Of a DNA stretch of 64,000 nt, positions 40,401 to 51,150 are shown piece after piece; positions within the stretch are counted from its first letter, which is position 1; each line of letters opens with the position of its first letter. Below the pieces are notes generated by a model, which ran no database searches, was not told where the DNA came from, and saw nothing but the letters and a program-made list of their open reading frames with translations. The stretch covers positions 186,001 to 250,000 of the forward strand of contig NW_025767357.1 of the NCBI RefSeq assembly GCF_003918875.1, in the 5' to 3' direction. The position numbers and the translations under genes are program-made. Source of the DNA: Haliotis rubra (lineage: Eukaryota).

Positions 40401-42598
40401 AAGTAGTGTTATCGTCCGTTTAACTTCATTTTAGACCGACGAATTGCTCACAATCACAAAATCTAATTCATGTAATTGCAACACAACCAAATTTTGCACA
40501 GTCACATGAAATCGACAAACGAACACTGTTGATTTGTCTCATTATTGTGGACACCCGAATAAATATGTTGTTTAACAAACGATCATGATTTTGTTGTCAC
40601 TTTTCGCTTCTATTTACGAGGGAGGACCACTTGCTGGTAGAACAGCCAGGTGTGCGAGTTGTACGTGTGAAACTGACATTCCACTGCACACGCTTGTTGA
40701 TTACCTGGCTACTCTACCAGCAAGTGGTCCTCCCTCGTAAGAAATAGAGTGAGTGAGTGAGTATGATTTTACGCCGCTTTTAGCAATATTCCAGCAATAT
40801 CACGGCGGGGGACACCAGAAATAAATATGTTGTTTAACAAACATTATTTTGTTGTCACTTTTCTCTATTCTCACGGGGGCGGTAGGGTAGCCTAATGGTT
40901 AAAGCGTCCGCTCGACATGCTGAAGACCTGGGTTCGATTCCCCACATGGGTGCAATGTGTGAAGCCCATTCCTTGTGTCCCCCGCCGTGATATTGCTGGA
41001 ATATTGCTAAAAGCGGCATAAAATCATACTCACTCACTCACTCTATTTCTTACGAGGGAGGACCACTTGCTGGTAGAGTAGCCAGGTAGTCAACAAGCGT
41101 GTGCAGTGGAATTTCAGTTTCACACGTACAACTCGCACACCTGGCTGTTCTACCAGCAAGTGGTCCTCCCTCGTAAATAGAAGCGAAATGTGACGACAAA
41201 ATCATGATCGCTTGTTAAACAACTTTTTAATTCGGGTGTCCATAATTATGAGACAAATCATCTGAGTTGGTCTGTCGATTTCATGTGACTGTGCAAAATT
41301 TGGTTTTTGCCATTATTAGATTTTGTGTCAGTGAGCAATTCATCGGTCTAAAATGAAGTCAAACGGACTATACTCTAAACTGACTCTAAGTGTCGTAAAT
41401 GCATTCCTAGTATGGGAACACTCACTCCCCACATAATTGTATTCAGAGGTGAATTTGTTTTCAGAGGCAAGTTTGCCAATATATATGGCGGGAATCGAAC
41501 CAAGTCCTGTTGGCCGGAAATGGCTTATTGACAAGGTTAAAGGGCAACATATATGGTTCAAGCTGCTGGAGAGGTCATGTGACTCCGATAGACTGGACTG
41601 TTTAGTCTCCATAAGGAAGGTATGACCGTCACTAATAATTTTGTATGTGGATAGTTCATCGAAATTAATGCTTGATGAAACTACCTCGATGGTGTCGTTT
41701 GGACACATTTTATTAATACCCTTTTGAAATATGAGTTACGTGTTGATCTTGTCTAATCGTATAAACCCCAGTTTGCTCTTTGTGTGCCAACCCTGACAGA
41801 AACGCGACAGAGTTAGTTCCCTTGGTCTCAACCAGACGCCACCATTTGCTTTGCAGAAAGACATTTTAAACGTACCTGTCACTATATGGCTGAATTATTG
41901 CCGATGTAAAATGTTAATTCACTCGCCCTGGGCAAATCGCTTTCGCCTGTCATTAACACAGACTACCTAAAACATAACGCGATATAAATAGGGAATCAGA
42001 CGTTTCTGCTCGAGTGTAACTTTATTATTATGAAATTTAGACACCGAATGCTGGAATATCGCTCATTTTACAGACTTGTGGAGAAATGAATTATTCTGTG
42101 ATGTAAACAAGATAACGATGTACATATCTACACTCGTGGTTTGAGTATATTAAAGCTGGCGTGATGTAGCCGAAATATTGAGGACTTGAGTCACTGTCTG
42201 GGTCAGTGTAAGGTTTTACCTTTCCTCTGTTTTGCCTGACCTTGATTCGAGTATTTCAAAGGTCGCTTCAGTGGTTGGAATAATAATGCATGTGACTTAA
42301 AACACGAAACAAAACAGTTTGTTGTTGTGTTGCCAGCGCTTCCTGTTCAAAACTGTCGTAAATGAAGAGCTGATACGTCTCGGACTGTGTCGTCTGCGTG
42401 AGTATCCAACTCCTCCCGTTGCGCCAGTCTACAATCACGTGATCAACAAAATGGTCGCCATAGAAGCCAAGCTGGACCGGAAACTATCCCCCCACTAGAG
42501 TCGGAACTGCAGCCAGGACAGTTAAGAATGTCCTTGTGTACATCGTGACATTTCCGAAGACGCTGCTGACATATTTGTCGAAATTTAGACGACAATAA
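37435..42598 (+). CDS. C3orf33: C3orf33 homolog (SNase/TNase-like OB-fold protein with an N-terminal hydrophobic helix); apparent frameshifts at both ends
   Basis: Exons ~37435-37533 (DDVFSFIDSNIRGIR), 37920-37979 (YSIYGVGVVGVILILRSTKA), 39197-39359 (THVFRNVSDIPRIYVTRNIVLQGRV..HRPLIALP), 41465-41619 (LPIYMAGIE..GRKWL..IWFKLL..LDCLVSIRK), 42337-42498 (VNEELIRLGL..EAKLDRK then TAG). Phases join, and the sequence follows the C3orf33 pattern (SDIP..RNVKLRGR, LAGVE..GKAWL, NEEILRRGL) as I recall it. The start codon is unresolved; a likely original C-terminus runs in the +1 frame to 42598. Confidence 0.8.
38024..38345 (+). mobile_element. 5'-truncated V-domain-like tRNA SINE
   Basis: B box GGTTCGATCC, GTCATACCAAAAGACGTTAAAATATGGTAC..CCTGCCTGGCGCTCGGCATTAA, (TCACC)n tail; 11-bp TSD ATTTTAGGTGA (38013-38023, 38346-38356). 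A tail fragment also occurs at ~50203-50252. Confidence 0.8.
38522..39002. mobile_element. hAT-type MITE, copy 1
   Basis: Termini TAGTGGTGG...CCCAACACTA; 8-bp TSD TTCCACTC (38514-38521, 39003-39010). Confidence 0.9.
39491..39942. mobile_element. hAT-type MITE, copy 2 of the same family, inserted in a SINE
   Basis: Same termini and subterminal sequence as 38522-39002; 8-bp TSD ATTAGCAC (39483-39490, 39943-39950). Confidence 0.9.
40617..40737. mobile_element. 121-bp mariner-like MITE
   Basis: TA|CGAGGGAGGACCACTTGCTGGTAGA...TCTACCAGCAAGTGGTCCTCCCTCG|TA. Confidence 0.75.
40876..41043 (+). mobile_element. tRNA-derived SINE family 1 (~165 bp), representative copy
   Basis: A box TAGCCTAATGG, B box GGTTCGATTCC, tail GCTAAAAGCGGCRTAAAA..(ACTC)n. 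Other copies (approx.): 711-853+, 19919-20020-, 20768-20933+, 22447-22594-, 26300-26451+, 26574-26633-, 33369-33525-, 34799-34949+ (TSD TTGTATAAGAAGC), 35582-35742-, 45715-45813-, 46164-47031+ (split), 49884-50025+, 54550-54692-, 60808-60967-. Confidence 0.92.
41053..41173. mobile_element. 121-bp mariner-like MITE, inverted duplicate of 40617-40737
   Basis: Same TIRs, TA flanks and length; its flanking sequence is also duplicated. Confidence 0.75.
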
Positions 42599-43651
42599 AA
42601 CTGACTTTTCACAAATATTGGATCTCAGTTTGTGTAAACGATGGCTGGTCGTTGATGTTATACTGTTGAGGATAACTTTTGTTCTTGATCAGTTTTCGTT
42701 TTATCTTCTCGGTGCTTTTCCCATCTCTGGTGTATTTACATATACGCAGAACAGACTGACATTTTGTTGCAGTGATGTTGAATTTGTTTACGCTTTTCAT
42801 GATTCGACCGTGGATGTCGTCACTGTCATGATTTTATCTTTTTTTCAGAACGCAGTGGAATAAAGTGATGTTTTGTTCAAATACTTATGTTTCATAATGA
42901 TTAGATATGCTGAAGGATATGCTGAATGTATCACGCTCACGTACTCAACCAAACTTTATTCGATGCTGATATAGCAATAGGCCACATTGTTGTTACAGGA
43001 AATACACAATACAATTCTGCTGACCTGATGAAGTATTCTGATATGTCGTAATTGAACCTGTAGACAGGACTTGTATAGCTAGTTCTCCCTGAACACCAGT
43101 TCAGTCTTCATACAAATAATCATATCCTCAAGTGAATGTAGTAAATCTCAGGCTTTATAATGGAAGCACACATTTTTGGTGTGTTATAAGAGTTTCCGAT
43201 ATGTGAGTGTGGTTTGTGATCGTTCATAAATTCGAAGTGTGTGCGTTGTATAAGTAATATGTAGACATGGTTGTCAAATATGGAGTAATTATCACATTTC
43301 TATTGTAAATCTACCCTTACTGTCCAAAGGGCTTAGTGCGAAGACTAATTTAACTCAAATTCTATGGTCCAGACTAACAGAAGCCGAAACCGATTCTTCT
43401 GTGCAACATGATCATAAGGATGATGAAAAAGAATTCTTGAAAGGCATTTAGAAGTTAGTGTAGAAATACAAGACGGATCAGAAACGTTGAATAAAAGTAT
43501 ATAAATCAAGAAGTTGTTATCCATAACATTTGCCTTGCATGATGAAAAAGAACATGCACATTTTGAAGCAGAATTATATTTATTTAAAAGAACAGATTCA
43601 TTACACGTGTTAGTTTTATCATTTCACAGTTGTGCACAACTGCACAAATAC

Positions 43652-44002
43652 TAAGGCTGCGCAATATAACCGGTTTACCGGTATTTACCGGTTCAGACAT
43701 GAAAACGATACGTATTGCGATACGCTGATCGAAAACCGGTATTTTGTTCGGATATGTCCTTGTTTCATTTGTGCCAAATATTATTCACATTTTTATTTTA
43801 TCATGATTAAAAGTTGTTATTAAAGCTTAATCAAGCCTAGTGATTTTGTTGTGTTTTTGCTCTATAAATCAAGAAGTAACTCGACTATAAGTAGTTTTTG
43901 TTTAAAAATACTTCATGCAATATATTGCAATACGTATCGCAATACATGCTTTCGCATCGCAATATATCGCAATATGAAAATTCTCTGCAATACCCACCCC
44001 TA
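43652..44002. mobile_element. hAT-type MITE (second family)
   Basis: Termini TAAGGCTG...CACCCCTA; 8-bp TSD ACAAATAC (43644-43651, 44003-44010); subterminal GCAATA/ACCGGT repeats. Confidence 0.85.
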
Positions 44003-44321
44003 ACAAATACACGCTTGAACTACATGTGCACTAAAGGCAATGTATGTACGTGATCTGTGATTTCATACATCCCCCTTCAATGACATCCCGTCAGCTGTTG
44101 CTGTCATGTAACTCCTTACACAGATACTAATTAACTTTCAAGGAGACACTTTTACAGCTTGTTCGTTATGAACTTTCAAGACCCATCTGCATTGTGCAGT
44201 AATAAGATAAAAGAACAAATTCAAGTTCACACATTTAACACACTCTATCCCGATATACATTAAATGTCCAGATCGTAAATCTGGTTCTATGGCTGGTTTT
44301 AGTTCCGTTAGTGTCTCAAGA

Positions 44322-47300
44322 TTAGATAGGAGTAAGTGGTTTGGGTCTACACTCTCTCACTCCTTGGTTTCCCGACTGACCATGGAGATCTTGGGGGGTC
44401 AGACCGAGTGATTGCAAACCCACGACGTCTGTTGTGGTGTCTGTCGGTCTGGAAAGAAATCATCTATTAAAACAACACGTGTATGATATCATGTTATGTG
44501 TTTGGCCTCCGCCTCTTGGCAAACACGTGGGGTATTCGTTGATTTTCATACTTCAATAGATACATCGTGTGATGATCCACTAAAATAGGATCATAAGGGG
44601 CATCTGCTATATTCTCCCTCATTAACTGACTCATATATGCATGGTAGTGTATTTATTGTGTATTACATGCACCTTGATATTGGAATCTGCATGTGCAATA
44701 CAACGCACTACAACTCACCTTGGACATCGAGCACATGCTCTTTTATAATGACGTACATTGTCCTCAAGGCGGGGGCGCTAGAACTGTATGTCATTAATTA
44801 AGGTCGGGGGCACTAAAAATAAATGTCATTGGCCTTAAGGTCGGGGCTACTAGAACTTAATGTCATCAATTAAGGGCGGGGGCACTAAAACTTAATTTCA
44901 TTGGCCTTATGATCGGAGGCGGTGGAATTAAATGTGTCATTGGCCCGGGGAAGAGGGGTCACTAGGGCTAAATGTCATTGGCCTTATGGGTGTGTGTGTG
45001 GGGGTTACTACGGCTAAATGGCATAGGCTTTGGTATTGTATTCATAACATTAAGTTGAGAAGAATGATTATGTTATCTCATTGTTCAAGATGTCGTTTGT
45101 GTACACGTCTATCATTACGTTTATTACAATTAATACCTTACGCCAGTAAAAGCTTCATTGTCAAATGCGGCTCCAGCCCTTCCTGGTTCTTGGTTGTTTC
45201 TTGAGTGTTTGCAGCACGGTGGTTGCATACCCCTGGAAGATAATGACCAAGAGCGTTTGTTGGGAAGTTTCTCGGAAGGCAGTTCACAACGGATTATAAT
45301 AAGAGGGGATACACCGAATGTTTGCTGAATACGTTAAACAGACAAAGGGGGACAGAATTTCGGTGCACTTTGGACATATATTGAAACAATTAAATCGTTC
45401 GAAGATTTAAAGAAAATCGTTGAAATGGCTTACTCTATGACAATGATATGAACAGTGTCAGAGCAGAGGACATGAAGGAAATGTATCATGGACACAGGTC
45501 CTCCTTGTCTGATGTGTGGTGTTTCAACCCCTTGACCGAGCCACACAAAATACGTTAAACTATTTCTATTTTCTACTGGTGCTCATGTAGGGATTTAAAC
45601 AAGGGCAGGTCGGTTTGCCGTTGGCCCATCAGCAGCGGCAGACACACGTGTATATGAGTAAATACTCTTGTGAACACCACTGAACTTCAATTGACCTCAC
45701 CTCAACAAAACTGAGAGAGTGAGGTAGGTTTTACGTCGCTTTAAGCAATATTCCAGCAATATCACGGCGGGAGACACCAGAAATACTGTACCGATGTGGG
45801 GAATCGAACCCGAGCAGAGGCTACATAGCATGAAACTAACTTTGCTACACAGCAAATGCACCCTGGTTACATAAAGGAAGAGAGTGTGGTGGGTGTACAA
45901 TATAGGGAAATACATGCGATACAAGATGACTGAGAAGAATGGTGAAGAGGTGAGACAGGAGGGGGTGAAAGATGGATGCCCACACGTGTCCCAAGCTTAA
46001 ATTTATAACAGGGTTAACTTCTGCGTTTTGTTTTGGAAATCATTTCGTTATTGTCAGAATATTGCATCTCGGTCAGCGTTTATTGTACGGATAATATTCG
46101 TATTTCATTTAATATTTTTGTCAACACTAGTTGTTTATGGTGCTATACGAGTTCTTTGTTTAAAGGGGCGGTGGGTAGCCTAATGGTTAAAGCGTCCGCT
46201 CGTCACGGACGATTCCCACACACAGGGCGTGTCACGCTTAGAAACAGCGTTAGAAAGACATATAGGTATATAGACCCTACCCTAGTACTATATAAAAGGA
46301 AAGGGATGTAACGACGGAACCACCCCCTCCTCAATCTAAGTTAGTTTTCACCACGTAAACTATTTTTAAGGCCCCGTCGAGGCCTACGGATCAAAAGCGA
46401 GATGATTTCCCTACAAAATGAGCTATAAATGGCCACAATCGGATCATTATTGCAAAATTTATACGCCACGACTCACCGAAAACAGCTACCTCCGCAATTC
46501 CAAGCCAAAATCATGGATCACCCAAGACAGCGAAAACTCACCTTTTAAATTCGTTTATTAATTCCAGCCACGTTGACAGCACCTATGTAGGGCTAGATTC
46601 GATCGGCAGCGGCATTCCACGGTTCTAAAAACTTATTGCAACATCTACAAATCATTTCCTCGAATGTAATCAGGCATTTTCTCCAAAACCATTGGCAATC
46701 ATACTCACTTGTCGGCCATTTATAGCTCATTTTGTAGGGAAATCATCTCGCTTTTGATCCGTAGGCCTCGACGGGGCCTTAAAAATAGTTTACGTGGTGA
46801 AAACTAACTTAGATTGAGGAGGGGGTGGTTCCGTCGTTACATCCCTTTCCTTTTATATAGTACTAGGGTAGGGTCTATATACCTATATGTCTTTCTAACG
46901 CTGTTTCTAAGCGTGACACGCCCCTGTGTTCCCACATAGGTACAAAGTGTGAAACTCATTTGTGCTGTTTCCCGCCTTGATATTGCTGGAATAATGTTAA
47001 AAGCGGCATAAAATCATACTCACTCACTCACTTATTTAAGCTACTAATATTTAATATGATGAAAAATGGTGAGAATATAACATCTGCCTGCATCTTCGAT
47101 GTACCTACCCTCGTTTGAGCATGCACAGATACAAAGCCAGCACGGATAAGATGATTATCAATATTCCCGCCAACACCACCAGCCCGATCATCCATGCCTG
47201 CCACCCATCACAGTTCGGATTTTCTTTTGCACATGCGCAGTTATATCTGTTGACGTCGTCGTAGCAGATGTACGGCGGGGAGCATGGGGAACTGCCGCAC

Positions 47301-50300
47301 TCGCTGACGTCATCCTCACAGTGCATGCCGGTCCAGCCAGGTGCGCACGCACACTCATAGTAGAGGTCAAAACCTTCAGCACGGCGGTAGTTGGTGCAGT
47401 TGTACAGGTGTTCATCTTTGCCTGGAATTACATATTTAGAATAGCTAACATCAGCAAAACACTGCAGTTGTATTTTCAAAATTCAAACCCGCGAAGATCC
47501 ACATCAGAATTAGTCTTCAGCAACCCATGCTTGTCGTAAGAGGCGACTAACGGGATCGGGTGGTCAGGATCACCGACTTGATTGACACATGTCATTGTAT
47601 CCCAATTGCTCAATACGTTAAACAAATAGATCAATGCTCATTCGGTTGATTACTGGATTGTCTGGTCCAGACTCGATTATTTACATACCGCCGCCATATA
47701 GTTGGATTACTGCTGAGCGCGGCGTTAAACAGCAACCAACTAACCAATTTAATGTTCTACTTGCATTTGGTGTTTAAGGTCCATACAAGTATCAGCAGGA
47801 CTTTCCCTAACCTTTTCACTGTTAACCTCTATGTAGACCATTTTATGCATACACACAACAGCTTTTGTGAGACGAACTATCTCTACCATGTCTCCCTCAG
47901 GAATGGAATATATGTTTAATGTTGCATTCGGCATAAAATATGAACTTCATAAGGTCTACTTTTAAACAACTTAATGACTTGCATGACAACGACATTACAA
48001 TATATATCGAAACGTCGCCTTTCACAGAAGAAAGAAGTTGTATATCGATAAAAAAATATCATCATTCTTCATCACCTCACTTCTAAAATGCCCCTCAAAG
48101 AAAACTTCAACAGGTTTGGTTGGAATTATTAGCGATCAAGCATTTATTTATGGTTTAATGCTTTAACAGAACGTCCTTGGTGTATGCTGTGAATGTTGTA
48201 TAGTAATGTACATGTTTGCTTTTTTGTTGTTGCAATGTGGCAGAAATATTACTGATGTGACGTTTAATTTCACTCTGTACGGACGTGCTTATGATCACCC
48301 TGACCTCACTCACTCTAAAACTTCCCATTCAGATAGATCGTAAATAGTAAAATTTCACAATACATACAATATGATAATCCAAAACAAGTAGGCCAGCTTA
48401 AGGTTGTTCTAAATATACTTACTTTTACATGTCCCGCCATTCTTGCAAGGTGTCTCTTTAACAACTGGATTAGCCGTACTGACGTCATCAGAATCCTCGC
48501 AGCGAATGCCGGTCCAGCCAGGTGCGCACGCACAGTCGTAGTAAAGTTGAATACCTTCTGAATCAGCACTGTTGTAGTTGGTACATTTGTACACCCTTTC
48601 ATCCTTACCTGGAATTTAGAATTTGTGTTTCAGCGAATGCCTTAACGATGGGTGTAGAATATCTTCTCGTCAATGCGATTTATATGTCATTTTCAAAGGA
48701 ATGCCATATTACATAGATAGCATTAACATATCAAAAACATTGACATTTCATAACAAAACGAAATCATGTTATGATATGAATCATCTAGGCAATTTATTAA
48801 AGCATTCATTAAAGTAAACCTATCAATACTTACTTATACATGTTCCACCGTTCTTACAAGGTGTCTCCATAACACCTGGCTTAATCGTACTGACGTCATC
48901 CTCTTCCTCGCAATGCATGCCGGTCCAGCCAGGTGCGCACGCACACTCATAGTAGAGGTCAAAACCTTCAGCACGGCGGTAGTTGGTGCAGTTGTACAAG
49001 CTTTCATCTTTGCCTGGAATATAAATATCGAATATAAAGTGAATTAGTTTGGTAGAAGAAAGATCCTTATGGGACCTTGTTTGGTTGTTGTTCAATGCCG
49101 CACTCAGCATTATTCCAGCTATATGACTGAGGATTGTATATCATCGAGTCTCGACCAGACAACACAGTGATGGACATTCTTGATCATCTATTTGTGTACA
49201 GCTTGTTCAGCTTGACCTGAGCTACTGTACATATGCATGACCCGGGAGGTCAAATGGCAGAAACGACAGATCGGGTTATCTTCATTAAATAGGGGTGAAG
49301 AGAATGTTATTACTGTTGCGTTTGTGCGAAGCATGCATACATAGATTCCTTACAGAACTTGTCCCGGAAAACAACACTTCAATTATCACTTTTTCTATTT
49401 CATGTTCAACTGCAATATTTCTGTCCCAGTAGTGGATTCCCAAATTTTCAACATGGGCACATCAGTCAGTCCACTCGGTTACACCATTCATCTGACAAAG
49501 GTGCACCCCTTCAAAATAATAGACCCAACCGGTCACGCAATTCATTAGTATTCACTTGATCAGGTCAAGCTGAACAAAGTGTAATTGTGATACGATGACA
49601 TGATCATACATGAGCAAAGTCTGACCATCCGATCTCGTTGGTCGCCCCTTACAAGCATGGGCAGCTGAAAACCAATTCTAACCCGGCTCTTCATGGTCAT
49701 TATTGTTGAGTCAATATGGCATCCCGACATGGCGTCTCGTAGTTTGCTAAGATTTCCCATTTGTCTGGAACTGGAACCAACAAATGACTTTGTCTTCCCC
49801 CCTATGAGTAATTTGTTACAGCTGATAATCGCGACTTGTTATAATCTGGTCTTGACATTTTGCATTTAAGAATTTGTTATAGTGGCGGTGGGGGAGCCTA
49901 GTAATTAAAGCGTTTGCTCGTCACGCCGAAGACCCAGGTTCGCCCATTTCTGGTGTCCTCTGCCGTGATATTGCTGGAATATTGCTTAAAGCGGGGTAAG
50001 CTAAACTCACTCACTCACTCACTCATTGCTATGGGACTTACGTATCTTCGACGCGACGCTAAATTCAATTCACTCAGTGCAAGTTACCCTACAGATACAT
50101 CTACCACACAATGGCATATAACCATGCGAAAGAGGATATATACTTATAGAAACAAATAAGCGAACGCATGACAGTACAAGACTAGAGTTCCTGTATTTAT
50201 TTCGCATGCACGTCGTCATATGAGCGAAATAATCTTATTTCACCTCACCTCATCTATATTTATTTCGAGAATTTCACTCACAGTGCAATACATACCTTGT

Positions 50301-51087
50301 GAAGAAACCTGGAAAAGAATAAAGGAACACTTGTACTTTCATGTGTTCCCTTATTTGTTTGCATGAGTATAGTTATAGAAGGCATGCGCAACACAGGGTA
50401 TGAAGTAAAGGTATCAATACTTACTTCTACATTTCCCACCATTTCTGCATGGTGTCTCCATAATCCCTGGTTTAATGGTGATAACATCAGAGTACACCCC
50501 TGTCTGGTCCTGGACATAAACCCGGATCTCTTCATCACCATGGTAACCAGGGTCAGGTTGGTACTGGAAGGTCGTGTACACCCAGCTGAGGGAGTCGGCA
50601 GGATGGGGCAGTTGCAACTTGGCACAGGGGATGCCGCTCTGAAATTATATGGTTCTACATGGCTACGTATATCCGCAAATGTTTGGATTATTGTATGCAT
50701 TGTTTTCAGGATATATTGAATTCCGATCTGCATTGTTTCACCAACTGGGTTTTCGTAAGTCACAAAGCAATGGGCAGGTTACGAATCCATCTTGCATAGA
50801 ATCACGTAAAAACGAGAGGGTTTTATTCACCTACAGCTACACTTTATGCAGATATATGAATATGATAATTTTAAAGATTGTTTTGAGAGTTTTATTGTAC
50901 GCCATCCTCATACATAAGCATGTCTTTGACCCAGGTTGATGTCAACAGGAGATTTAGTACCAACATATGCACGGAGGTTCAATGTATGACGAAAGTCGAT
51001 AAACTATTACGGTGAAACATCCATTAGGAATAAGAATAATGTATTAGGAGAAAGATCATCATGAACTTATTTGAAATTCGGGTAAGA

Positions 51088-51150
<63 letters not shown>

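Larger units (their letters stand above)
40414..41368. repeat. Large inverted duplication (~400-bp arms) in a C3orf33 intron
   Basis: 40414-~40815 matches the reverse complement of ~40976-41368; each arm contains unique-looking DNA, the MITE and the 3' part of a SINE. Confidence 0.88.

Noticed and set aside
43025-43060. Canonical CTGATGA hammerhead cores (also ~6679 and ~33365)
   Set aside because: No stem II followed by GAAA at a suitable distance.
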